A stretch of 55,243 bases of DNA from a virus (taxonomy: Duplodnaviria > Caudoviricetes). The position numbers and the translations under genes are program-made. The notes below the pieces were generated by a model that searched no databases, had not been told where the DNA came from, and saw only the letters and a program-made list of their open reading frames with translations. Numbering within the stretch: the stretch's first letter is position 1; every line of letters starts with the position of its first letter. Positions 1 through 8,585 of this stretch are shown piece after piece. The DNA lies in the IMG/VR virus record IMGVR_UViG_3300032516_000034, positions 1 through 55,243 of that record, one strand, 5' to 3'.

Positions 1-2721
1 GACGCCACCGTTGACCGTCATATCACTGCCAATGGAAAGCGTGTTGGATTGTACGGTGAGAACAACAGGGGTGGAAGCCGGAATAGATGTGAGTGTGGAA
101 TACCAGACTGCGTTTGTTGTGAAGTCAGAAGCGTCAGCATACCCGCCCATAATCCACAGTTTAGTATCGAAGAATAACGATTGATGCTCGGCTACTGCAT
201 AGCCCCAACCAGCGGCAGCAGTGGCTTGTGTCCAATTGAGACCATCGGTAGAATACCATACGTCGTTTGTAGCCGGATCATAAGTCCAACCGCCTGTTAT
301 CCATATTGCATTTGAGTCAGCAGCACACCCCAAATAGTTTCTAGGCACCCACGGAGCGGCGGCAGTAACCTCAGTCCAGCTTACGCCGTCTGACGAAGAC
401 CAGACAGAATTTGTTGGAAGTACAGCCTCACCGCCCTCGCCCCCGATCACCCACATCTTGTTAGCGAAAGTAACACATCCGAAATGCCCGTCAACTGGCC
501 AACTGGCACCAGCAGTGGCTTGTGTCCAATTAGTACCGTCTGATGAATACCATACATCGTTAGTGTTAATTCCCGAATTTCCACCCATTACCCACATCTT
601 GTTATCAAAAACTACGGCACCATGCCCTCGTCTAACAGACCACTGAGCGGCAGCCGTAGCCATTGTCCAGTTCGTGCCATCAGGCGATGACCATATATCA
701 TTGTAATGGGTCCCTGAATTGTCACCGCCCAATATCCACATCTGATTATTGAAGGTCACAGTACGGAAGTCACTACGCTTACCCCAACTTGCGTTCTCGG
801 TAGCTTGTATCCAATTCGTACCATCAGCCGAATACCAGACATCGTTGGTGAAATCTGCTATACTGTCAGAATACCCGCCCATCACCCACATCTTGTTGTT
901 GAACACGGTGCTGGCGAAATCATATCGTCCCAGCCATCCAGCACCAGCAGTAGCTTCAGTCCAATTAGCACCGCCTGACACCGATGCCAAAGTACCTTCA
1001 CCGATTGTCAGCGACGAAGAATGGGATACGAGGGAGGTAGTTGACGGATCGTAGCTCAATGCTTTCACGCCGCCCATGTAAATGCTGTTTGTGCCGAGAT
1101 ACAGGTCACGGACAGGGAAGTTTGCAGAGCCCACATCATAGGCATTTGAAGCATTAGGGATGATACTTGACGACATGTTCAGATTGCTTGCTGTGTTGGC
1201 TGTGGTAGCATACTGAGCGTTCGTAGACTGATTAGCCACAGAAGCATAATCGGCATTTGTAGAATAAGAGGCAGTACCTGCATTTGTAGAATAAGAGGCC
1301 GTTCCTGCGTTAGTGGCGTAACCAGCAGTACCTGCATTTGTAGAATAAGAGGCCGTTCCTGCGTTAGTGGCGTAACCAGCAGTACCTGCATTTGTAGAAT
1401 AAGAGGCCGTTCCTGCGTTGGTGGCATACTGAGCGTTCGTAGACTGATTAGCCACAGAAGCATAATCGGCATTTGTAGCCGTAGATGCCACAGAAGCATT
1501 TGTAGCATACCCAGCGACACTGGCATTCGTAGCAAACCCAGCCACTGAAGCATTCGTAGCAAACCCAGCCACAGAAGCATTCGTAGCAAACCCTGCGACA
1601 CTGGCATAGGCTACTGCACCGCTCGATGTGATATATCCATTCGTGGAATGATTACCCCAGCCATAGGCAGCGTTCCAGTTTGCCGCACTTTGGATTTTAG
1701 AATCAGCGATTGTACCGTTGAGAATGTTTGTGCCATTCAGATCATGGATGTAGAATCCTGAACCCCGATACCAGATCGATGTGATTGTCCCATCAACCTG
1801 CACATCACCCTGCACCCACAGGTTCGTGTAGGTTGTCCAAATGTTCGTCACATACAGATTTGTGACATAAGCAAACTGTGCATAGAGGTTGGAGACGGTC
1901 AGGGTAGAAAAACTTCCGCTACCGTTCGACACCGTGCCGCCGCCAAGGTTGATGCTCCCAGCACCCCAGTCGCTCACCGATACCGCGCCCCTATTGGTAT
2001 GATTTACCACATTCCTGAAGTAGTTGCTGTCAACACTACCGCCACCAGCCGCTGGTTGCCATGTGCCATCCGCCCGCAGGAATTTGCCAGCATCGGCGAT
2101 AGCGGCGGTGATAAGTCCAGTTGAGCCCGCACCAGCAAACAAGTTACTTGCCCCTATCGTCACATAGGTATTCGTCACGCCGCTTGACGGGGAATACAGC
2201 CATGCCGCCTGAGTAATCATTTGCGTCTTCACGCCATCGTAAAACAGGATCGGTATTTCCTTACCAGTAGAGCTGTCGATCAGTCCATGCACCTGTCCAG
2301 CCAAACTGACACCTGCGGTCAGCAGCAATCCCAACACAGCACCTGCTATCAGCTTTTTGAACCTCTGCTGGGGCTGAAGCCCCGCAGATTCCTGACAAGA
2401 ATCAACATAACTCGATTCTTCCTCGTGGGTTGTTCCAACCCCGAATAAACCAGAGATACTGTGTCCCGCAAGACACCCTGATAAATTCTTACCACAGGCC
2501 GACTTCATCTGGCTATAGCTGTTAAGAAATAGCCTGTAAAGCCGATCAAGGCGAAACGCAAAAGCGGTGGGATCACCGCTAGAGCAATCGAGTGTGTTTA
2601 TGTCTCTGTCTGTACGACAGTGAGATTTATCACACTCTGCCTGTAAGGTTTTATCCCGAGAAGGCGTTTTCTCTCGGGAACTGGCATACCTTGTCAAAGA
2701 ACGATGTCTATACGTTGTCAT
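1..2721 (-). CDS. Large fibre/adhesin-like protein with Kelch beta-propeller and ATNA repeats; runs off the left edge. The N-terminal ~121 codons come from the inserted element
   Basis: Not in the ORF track because there is no stop inside the window. Hand translation of the start, element, Kelch and edge segments gives one consistent frame from ATG 2721 (GGAG upstream) through ...QQRFKKLIAGAVLGLLLTAGVSLAGQVHGL... to ...SIGSDMTVNGGV at base 1. It shares the segment IIPNASNAYDVGSANFPVRDLYLGTNSIYMGG with ORF 25830-26993. Confidence 0.8.
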   Translation of the reverse strand, partial: MTTYRHRSLTRYASSREKTPSRDKTLQAECDKSHCRTDRDINTLDCSSGDPTAFAFRLDRLYRLFLNSYSQMKSACGKNLSGCLAGHSISGLFGVGTTHEEESSYVDSCQESAGLQPQQRFKKLIAGAVLGLLLTAGVSLAGQVHGLIDSSTGKEIPILFYDGVKTQMITQAAWLYSPSSGVTNTYVTIGASNLFAGAGSTGLITAAIADAGKFLRADGTWQPAAGGGSVDSNYFRNVVNHTNRGAVSVSDWGAGSINLGGGTVSNGSGSFSTLTVSNLYAQFAYVTNLYVTNIWTTYTNLWVQGDVQVDGTITSIWYRGSGFYIHDLNGTNILNGTIADSKIQSAANWNAAYGWGNHSTNGYITSSGAVAYASVAGFATNASVAGFATNASVAGFATNASVAGYATNASVASTATNADYASVANQSTNAQYATNAGTASYSTNAGTAGYATNAGTASYSTNAGTAGYATNAGTASYSTNAGTASYSTNADYASVANQSTNAQYATTANTASNLNMSSSIIPNASNAYDVGSANFPVRDLYLGTNSIYMGGVKALSYDPSTTSLVSHSSSLTIGEGTLASVSGGANWTEATAGAGWLGRYDFASTVFNNKMWVMGGYSDSIADFTNDVWYSADGTNWIQATENASWGKRSDFRTVTFNNQMWILGGDNSGTHYNDIWSSPDGTNWTMATAAAQWSVRRGHGAVVFDNKMWVMGGNSGINTNDVWYSSDGTNWTQATAGASWPVDGHFGCVTFANKMWVIGGEGGEAVLPTNSVWSSSDGVSWTEVTAAAPWVPRNYLGCAADSNAIWITGGWTYDPATNDVWYSTDGLNWTQATAAAGWGYAVAEHQSLFFDTKLWIMGGYADASDFTTNAVWYSTLTSIPASTPVVLTVQSNTLSIGSDMTVNGGV
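95..975 (-). repeat. About six Kelch-like repeats (beta-propeller) within the fibre-like gene
   Basis: Recurrent units F(N/D)NKMW(V/I)MGG...NDVWYSxDGTNWTxATxxAxW, with the GG...W spacing typical of Kelch blades. Confidence 0.85.
1180..1625 (-). repeat. Low-complexity tandem repeats encoding (F/Y)ATNA / YSTNAGTA units
   Basis: Near-exact DNA duplications: gcatactgagcgttcgtagactgattagccacagaagcataatcggcatttgtag at about 1208 and 1425, and tandem 54-bp units cagtacctgcatttgtagaataagaggccgttcctgcgtt.... Confidence 0.9.
2357..2445 (-). ncRNA. Putative TnpB omegaRNA (reRNA) scaffold; the guide would be the flank AAAGCTGATAGCAGG... (2356 leftwards)
   Basis: Stem GGGTTG-GAA-CAACCC versus GGCTCG-GAA-CGAGCC in the tnpB copy (compensatory changes), a conserved ACGAG linker, a second stem, and the right-end hairpin. 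GAAC in the first loop is complementary to GTTC just before the terminus. The 5' boundary is uncertain. Confidence 0.7.
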
Positions 2722-2798
2722 TTTCTTTCTCCAGAATCAACAACTGATTTCGCCTAACTGCCGGGGATAAATCCCCGCAGATTGCGGCTCACAGATTG
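2357..2798 (-). mobile_element. 442-bp non-autonomous IS200/IS605-family derivative, sister of the element at 27567-28894
   Basis: The right end (2357-2396) is 40 bp identical to 27567-27606, and 2737-2766 is 30 bp identical to 28834-28863. Both ends have subterminal hairpins. The right end terminates in TCAA with GAAT at the hairpin foot; the left end is preceded by TGAA with CAAT at the hairpin foot. Precise removal restores a reading frame. Confidence 0.92.
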
Positions 2799-2839
2799 TT
2801 CAGACGGCGGCTGCCCTTACGGGCATCCACCTTATCCAC
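2799..2839 (-). pseudogene. Original 5' end of the fibre-like gene, orphaned by the insertion
   Basis: AGGAG-6nt-GTG at 2839 encodes MDKVDARKGSRRL. Joining 2799 to 2356 gives ...CTG AA|A AAG CTG ATA, i.e. MDKVDARKGSRRLKKLIAGAVLGLLLTAGVSLA, in frame. Confidence 0.75.
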
Positions 2840-2880
2840 TCTAGTCTCCTGTTTAACTCGTTTGTTTCGAGTTGGCATCT

Positions 2881-3363
2881 CTACTCCTTACAAGCCCGCA
2901 ATACTGCGGGTAGTTGACCTTCAGCGAGCTTACGGAAAGCCTCTATGGCTTCGTCTGCTTCTTTCTTGTCAACCTCTGCCAAACGCTTTATCAGCTTTTC
3001 CATCAGGGGAAGGGCCATGTAATAAGTGAGCGGTGCGTCCTTGGGGAACTCGACTTCGTGATCGAGGGATATACGGGTGGCAACCATATCGTTCTGGGTG
3101 TGCTCTCTCTCCACCTTTATGCCAGCCGCCAGCTCCTTTTTGTCCACATCGGATTCCTGCAACCCCTTCTCGTTCGCCCTGCCGTAGCACAGGAAATCGG
3201 TAAAAAGCGTAGCCAGCTTATATGCGCAAGCCTCGGCCTTATCCACTTCGATTCCCTGCTTCTCGGCCCACGCATGAAACTTTTTGTCATCGGGGCTCGG
3301 GTTCTCTGTGAAAAATTCCGCAACCGCCTTTTCCGTATCGCTCAATCCGAAATCCAGTGCCAT
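2881..3363 (-). CDS. DUF5661-like phage protein
   Basis: Motif KKELAAGIKVEREHT...ATRISLDH...YY. The start was moved to MALDFG, which has an AAGGAG RBS. Confidence 0.7.
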   Translation of the reverse strand: MALDFGLSDTEKAVAEFFTENPSPDDKKFHAWAEKQGIEVDKAEACAYKLATLFTDFLCYGRANEKGLQESDVDKKELAAGIKVEREHTQNDMVATRISLDHEVEFPKDAPLTYYMALPLMEKLIKRLAEVDKKEADEAIEAFRKLAEGQLPAVLRACKE

Positions 3364-3374
3364 GATGTCTCCTT

Positions 3375-3740
3375 TTACGGCCACACGGTTATGCAACTCA
3401 TTCTCACCCACTGATTGTTGGCGATTGCCCAATAATAGTAGGTTCCGTCAAATGCCCACGTTCCTTGCGTTCCTGCCGAATTGGGCAGTGCTGGCACAGC
3501 CACAGGTGCCGCTGGCACCGCGCCGCCAACAGCAGGATCGGGCACGATACCTGTCAGCGTCAGGTATGCGTATGCGCTCGGCACGGGCAGCCCTGCCACA
3601 ACCTGCCCCTTGACGAAAACACTGGGTGAGCCGCTCAGAACACCAATGACTTCGCCCACCTTGATGCGGCAGAAGTCGAAGCTGTCTTCGTAGTAGATGT
3701 TCCCCAGATAGAAGGACTCATTGCAGGTATAGAGATTCAT
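3375..3740 (-). CDS. Hypothetical, probable virion protein
   Basis: AAGGAG RBS. The C-terminal GTQGTWAFDGTYYYWAIANNQWVR resembles a motif common in phage fibre/structural proteins. Confidence 0.65.
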   Translation of the reverse strand: MNLYTCNESFYLGNIYYEDSFDFCRIKVGEVIGVLSGSPSVFVKGQVVAGLPVPSAYAYLTLTGIVPDPAVGGAVPAAPVAVPALPNSAGTQGTWAFDGTYYYWAIANNQWVRMSCITVWP

Positions 3741-3752
3741 TATGGCTCCTTT

Positions 3753-4091
3753 CTACGATTCTGTCGCCCAGTCGTAACCAGCCGTGCGCTCTTTGCGTCC
3801 ATCGTTGATCTGTGTGGTATTGAGCGGATCGGCAGGCACGGACACAAGTGTCTGATCGCTAACGCTGTTTCTGCCCAGCTTGATAATCCGCACCCTCGTC
3901 ATATCCAACGGGCCGTGTGTTGCCTCGGCAAACACTGGTGTCCCGACGGGAATTTTTCGTTCCAACGGCCAGTTCATATCGTTCGGCAGGCTTGTCGCCT
4001 TTCCCGGCGTAAACATGGTTCGTCCCACTTGCGCGAACTGCTCATGACTAATATCCTTGATCGTATACTCGACTCGTTCATTTGCTGCCAT
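3753..4091 (-). CDS. Hypothetical protein
   Basis: 112-aa ORF with AGGAG RBS, packed in the operon. Confidence 0.7.
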   Translation of the reverse strand: MAANERVEYTIKDISHEQFAQVGRTMFTPGKATSLPNDMNWPLERKIPVGTPVFAEATHGPLDMTRVRIIKLGRNSVSDQTLVSVPADPLNTTQINDGRKERTAGYDWATES

Positions 4092-4106
4092 CGTCGTTCT
4101 CCTGTG

Positions 4107-4400
4107 TTAAGTTCCGAAAACCTGCATCACCTTCAGTATGTCCGCCATATATGGCTTGATGGCCGTGTCCACCAAATCCTTGGCAGCATCCAGTGCGGCA
4201 CGCTGCGGCACGCTATCTGCCTTCACCTTGGGCAGATTCTCATCAATAATCTGTAACGCCGCGAGCATGGAAATCAACGCCTGATCGACATTGCCTAAAG
4301 CATCGTCGTCATCGGGCGCAACAGCCGTCGGCTCGTTCGGCACAATCTCGTCCTGAGCAACAATATTCTCTGCCATTTTGGCTATCCTTTCCTTGTCCAT
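4107..4400 (-). CDS. Hypothetical protein (possible head protein)
   Basis: 97-aa helical ORF tightly packed in the late operon. Confidence 0.7.
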   Translation of the reverse strand: MDKERIAKMAENIVAQDEIVPNEPTAVAPDDDDALGNVDQALISMLAALQIIDENLPKVKADSVPQRAALDAAKDLVDTAIKPYMADILKVMQVFGT

Positions 4401-4403
4401 GTC

Positions 4404-4769
4404 CTACGCTCCTATCGCCTGCCTAAATGTCGGCGGCATTCGGGAAAGCAACGATCTAGCAACAGAAATATTGGCCACCTTGGTTGCCAAATGGCCGTGC
4501 GTCAGCCTCGTCACTATCGCCGATATGCGGGTGTCATTGTCGTTTTTCTTGTCTGTATCCTTATCCGTATCCATATCCCGTTCCTCGTTTGGCCTATCCT
4601 TCGTTCTGAATGGCTTTCTGTCTTCGTCCCTCGGCGGCTTTTGAAACGGCTCCCGATCTCTGATTCCCTTAGACTTGCCGCCCGTATCTTGGATCAAATC
4701 CTTGTCCTTCCGTTCTGTTTGATTCCCACGGGACGCCATGATCGCTTTAGCTATGGATTCCATCAGCAT
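4404..4769 (-). CDS. Hypothetical highly charged protein
   Basis: 121-aa ORF abutting its neighbours, with a K/D/R-rich core. Confidence 0.7.
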   Translation of the reverse strand: MLMESIAKAIMASRGNQTERKDKDLIQDTGGKSKGIRDREPFQKPPRDEDRKPFRTKDRPNEERDMDTDKDTDKKNDNDTRISAIVTRLTHGHLATKVANISVARSLLSRMPPTFRQAIGA

Positions 4770-6254
4770 CTACCGAAGCTCCCTTACCACCAGATTGAAC
4801 TTCCTACCGAGCTGTTGTTGCAACGCTTTGAGCGCGGTGGGGGCCGACCCCTTTGGAATCCTGCCCAGAACCTGTGTCACGGGGGCTTCTCTCCGCTTTT
4901 TCATCTCCTGCTCCTGATTGTATGTCATCGGCGGAGTCAGTCGCTTGGTGCCAGTAATCTGGAAATGGCCATCTTCATACATATCGCCCTGATCGTCACG
5001 GTAGTCAAACCAGACATTCCGATTGATTTCGTTAATGACATCCACATTGAACGGCTGCCAGCCTTCGACTTCGACATTGAACGCTTCAACCGTATAGGAG
5101 TGGCCTGCGGTTTTGGCGGATGCCAGTTCCAAATGGCGGCGGGAAGTCAAGATGAGATTCTTGACATTCACTTTCATCGGCGCGTCCCCATTATCCCACT
5201 GGACTTCCGCCAGAGTCATACCACCCATCGGACGAACAGACTTGACGACGCCTTTCCAGTGTCCCATCTCTCCAAACTCGCCAATACTCCTGAGAAAGTT
5301 ACGAGAGTACATCACACTATCGCCAACTGAAATGTCGATACCTGCAATCGTCGTTGAATATCTGTGAAGTAGTCTTTCACTACGGGGAATTAGATCAAGA
5401 TTCCTCACATCCACTTCTCTCGTCTCTCCGCTATTCCATGCCACTTCCGCCACTGTTCTGCTGCCCACTTGTCTGACTGATTTGACAAGTCCAGTCCAAT
5501 TCTTAACGCTCATCGGATCGCTAATCATTCTCAGATAACTCTGAGAGTATTTCACCAGCTTGCCAACCTGAATCTCGGAATCAGCTACCCTAATAGCGAT
5601 CTCAAACTCGCGTGTCGCGCCGCGTCTGCCGCGCCTGCGCGTAGGCGGCTTCGCCTGCACGAGAAGGTTCACCATCTCCATCATGCTCTGGATCAGGCCC
5701 ATCACGTCCTTCGGGGCCACCTGCCCGTCCTGCTTGATGGTCTTCACTTCGCTCACCAGATCGTTGACTATGGACTCGATTTCGCCCTTCTTGTCTTCGT
5801 CCACTTCGACAGGCTCGCCAGTCGGCTCTTCGCCATCGGGCTCTGCCTCTGGTTCAGCATTTTCGGGCTCAGTGGAGTCGGGCTCGACTTCTTCTACCTC
5901 CTCGGTATCGTCATCGCCTTCCTCATTGGCATCATCCTCGTCCCCTTCGTCTCCCTCGTCCTCAAAAATATCCTCGTCTTCTTTGTCGCCCTTGTCGTCT
6001 TCCTCTCCAGCAGGCTCCTCTGCGTCGCCTGTGGGCTTCGCTTCCTCGGGAGGCTGCTCTGCATCAGGCTTCCCCTCTTCCTCCTGCGGAGCGGCCTCTG
6101 GAGCCTCTTCCTTGTCGTCTGGATCGGCCTTGTCTTTCATCTTGGTTTTGACTTTCTCGACGACCTCTTTCTTCTCGTCTTCGGAAAGTTCGGCAAACCT
6201 GCGAAAAACGCTCCTTGTTGCCACTGCCGCGATAATTAGTCTTTGAATTCTCAT
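4770..6254 (-). CDS. Hypothetical acidic protein with two SH3/KOW-like repeats (possible internal head protein)
   Basis: Start MRIQRL with GAAGGAG RBS. Long E/D tract, followed by a duplicated domain VGxxVxYSxxxLRxI...WxGxVKSVR..G..TxAEVxW...V.V.NL.L. Confidence 0.75.
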   Translation of the reverse strand: MRIQRLIIAAVATRSVFRRFAELSEDEKKEVVEKVKTKMKDKADPDDKEEAPEAAPQEEEGKPDAEQPPEEAKPTGDAEEPAGEEDDKGDKEDEDIFEDEGDEGDEDDANEEGDDDTEEVEEVEPDSTEPENAEPEAEPDGEEPTGEPVEVDEDKKGEIESIVNDLVSEVKTIKQDGQVAPKDVMGLIQSMMEMVNLLVQAKPPTRRRGRRGATREFEIAIRVADSEIQVGKLVKYSQSYLRMISDPMSVKNWTGLVKSVRQVGSRTVAEVAWNSGETREVDVRNLDLIPRSERLLHRYSTTIAGIDISVGDSVMYSRNFLRSIGEFGEMGHWKGVVKSVRPMGGMTLAEVQWDNGDAPMKVNVKNLILTSRRHLELASAKTAGHSYTVEAFNVEVEGWQPFNVDVINEINRNVWFDYRDDQGDMYEDGHFQITGTKRLTPPMTYNQEQEMKKRREAPVTQVLGRIPKGSAPTALKALQQQLGRKFNLVVRELR

Positions 6255-6295
6255 TCTCGGTCTCCTTCTAAAGAAATATGCCTTTACTTTAGGAC

Positions 6296-6315
6296 AAAAT
6301 ATCAAAAAATTGTGA
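6296..6315 (-). promoter_or_regulatory. Motif L, TCACAATTTTTTGATATTTT (putative late promoter), copy 1
   Basis: 20-bp intergenic motif found 4 times, each upstream of a structural/packaging operon. Confidence 0.75.
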
Positions 6316-6328
6316 ATGGATAGGGAAC

Positions 6329-8578
6329 CTACCGCACAAACCGAAGAATGCTACTTGCAATATGGACTTCGCGTTCCAACCGTGCCGCTATCCGTCGGGC
6401 GATTCTCGCCACCCTTGACTCCAAATATGCCCGTTCCGATTCCAGCAACGGGAACTGGGCTAGAGCCTTGTTTAGCTCGTCGGGACTGTCCTTCTTCTCT
6501 TTGAATAGGCTTTCAACGCTACCCCATTCATCGTCATTGAACTTGCCACGAGATTTCTTCAACACGCCGAAGGCATCGTCAACGCTCCTCTCGGCCACAT
6601 CGGGTGGCGGGAGCATCCGCTTGCGGGCGTCTTGCAGCTCAGTACGGGCGGTTTTTTGTACAAATTCCTGCATGGCGTCAGTAGTAGCGGTATTCGTCGG
6701 CTCGTCGTCAAAACCCTCAATATCCAACTGGAATACTTCCTTGCCCTTGGACGAGAATACGGTCTTGCCCGTCTTCCCCTGTACTGGCGCACCACCCATA
6801 TCCTTGACAAACTTGGCAAACTGGCGGCCCGCCACTGCATCACCAAACAACGAGTCTACCGTTTGACCCTCGGGGGAATACGCCATATCCACGTCCATGA
6901 CCTTGTGGCTCGCATCAAATTTGCAACCCTTTATTCGACCGCTGAATCGACTCAGGATGTCCACCGTAGTCGAATACTTGTCCTCGTTCATCTCGGAGAC
7001 CTGACGGTGCATCGACTCTTTGTCCGAGTCATCAAAATCCTCGCTGTCAACCACCTTGTGAAGCTGCTGCTTTATAGAATCCAGAAGCTTTGCATCCTTC
7101 GGGTTGGCCTCCGCAGCCAGTCGCATCCTGCACGCGAGATTCATGGCCTTTGGAGAGCGGATGAACAAGTCCTGCACCTTATCCCGTCCAAAAAGTGCAA
7201 TATTGTCCGAAAGCCGAACGGATGACGCCAACGGATCAGCTTCCCAGTCTATGTCTGTTGAGTCATGTGTGCCGATAATATGAGCGATTTTCTCCGCGTT
7301 GTCTTTTCCGAAAATCTTTGAATATCTGTCCATTTCATCGCGAGCCAGTGTTTCTGACTGGGCCTTATGTGCGCCACCCTTGCTGATATCTGTTGCGGCA
7401 ACACCCACCGTATATCCAGCGTCATGGTTTGCCATGATTGTAGCAGCCATCAGCTTGTCCCTGCCTGTAACCTTAATGCCGCTCTTTTGCAGTTCGCCGA
7501 GCATTTGCGTTGAGTTCTGGGTATTGGATACCAGATGCCGCAGGCCATGATCGCCCAGCGAACGGCCCCTTGATTCGATTTCTTGATGCACCATGCGCTT
7601 GATGTCATCCTGCACATATTCGTCCAAGTCGGCCTGACTGACTCCCGAAAGGGAGCCATCTTTGATTCCTTCTTCAATACTCGACGCCACTGTGTCCACA
7701 TAGCTTTCAGCCATCGGACGGGAAATCGAAGACATAGACTTGGAATATTTCTTGATGATGTTGCGCCCGTTCCCTCTTAGGGATTTCGAGAAGTCGGATA
7801 TGTTATCCTTCGTCACCTCGTCCTTGCTGTCATCCTTGGCAACCTGCACCGATTCGTCTTCATACCGAGCGAGATTGTTATCCATGTTCTTTTTGTAGGT
7901 GGATGAATCAACTTTGTTGTAGTCGTTGAAACCCTTATGGGCAGCTTTGCCGCTTGCCATCGCGTCTAATACTTTTTGTTTCTCTTCGGGCTCCAGTTCG
8001 CCGTATTTCTTCTCAGAGCCATCTGGAAAACGCACGGTAACTCCGAACGTAAGCTGGTTCTTGTGGATCGTGTGGGTGTTCCATTCCTTTGCCTCGGCTT
8101 CTCCAACCTGTTGAACCAGCTTCTCTCCCACGCTTATCTGCGGGGCCTGTTTCTCCTTGCGCGGAGCTGGCCTCTGCTCTGGTTTTTCCTGCGGCTTCTG
8201 AGTCGGCTTCTCTTCGGGCTTCTTTTGCTTGGGCTCCACGCCTTCGGGCTCTTTCTCTGGTTGTGCTCTTGGCGGGCTCGGATCGTCTTCCTTCGTGGGC
8301 GTCTTCTGTGTCTCTTCGACTTTGTGTAGGGATTTATCGGCGTCAGGATGTTCCTTGAGATACTTCTTCATTGCGTCCTGAGTGGGCCAGACTTTTCCTT
8401 TGAGCATTCTTGCTACTATCCGTGCCTCACGCTGTTCTCCAGAATCTTCGTCAAAAAGCATGACGGTGCCTTCACCGATAGATTCAGAAGGATACACATC
8501 GTCTTCACTCTGTGCGTTACCGCCTAGAGCGTCCAGCGCAGCCTGCGCAATTTCTTCGATCTGCGCATCTGACAGCAT
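6329..8578 (-). CDS. HD-domain phosphohydrolase-containing protein, immediately downstream of portal
   Basis: Ordered motifs DHGLRH...ANHDAGY...GAH...GTHD...VRLSDN. Probable start MLSDAQ at 8578, just after the portal stop. Confidence 0.7.
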   Translation of the reverse strand: MLSDAQIEEIAQAALDALGGNAQSEDDVYPSESIGEGTVMLFDEDSGEQREARIVARMLKGKVWPTQDAMKKYLKEHPDADKSLHKVEETQKTPTKEDDPSPPRAQPEKEPEGVEPKQKKPEEKPTQKPQEKPEQRPAPRKEKQAPQISVGEKLVQQVGEAEAKEWNTHTIHKNQLTFGVTVRFPDGSEKKYGELEPEEKQKVLDAMASGKAAHKGFNDYNKVDSSTYKKNMDNNLARYEDESVQVAKDDSKDEVTKDNISDFSKSLRGNGRNIIKKYSKSMSSISRPMAESYVDTVASSIEEGIKDGSLSGVSQADLDEYVQDDIKRMVHQEIESRGRSLGDHGLRHLVSNTQNSTQMLGELQKSGIKVTGRDKLMAATIMANHDAGYTVGVAATDISKGGAHKAQSETLARDEMDRYSKIFGKDNAEKIAHIIGTHDSTDIDWEADPLASSVRLSDNIALFGRDKVQDLFIRSPKAMNLACRMRLAAEANPKDAKLLDSIKQQLHKVVDSEDFDDSDKESMHRQVSEMNEDKYSTTVDILSRFSGRIKGCKFDASHKVMDVDMAYSPEGQTVDSLFGDAVAGRQFAKFVKDMGGAPVQGKTGKTVFSSKGKEVFQLDIEGFDDEPTNTATTDAMQEFVQKTARTELQDARKRMLPPPDVAERSVDDAFGVLKKSRGKFNDDEWGSVESLFKEKKDSPDELNKALAQFPLLESERAYLESRVARIARRIAARLEREVHIASSILRFVR

Positions 8579-8585
8579 TCCCGAT

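Noticed and set aside
1179-1607. 142-aa minus-strand ORF in the track
   Set aside because: It is an alternative frame over the repeat region; the real gene uses the frame ending at base 1.
1180-1625. CRISPR-like array
   Set aside because: The repeats are contiguous, in frame and coding, with no unique spacers.
2357-2798. IStron or group I intron explanation for the intragenic element
   Set aside because: The element ends in TCAA rather than the terminal G a group I intron requires, the 5' exon ends in A rather than U, and no P7-like core was recognisable.
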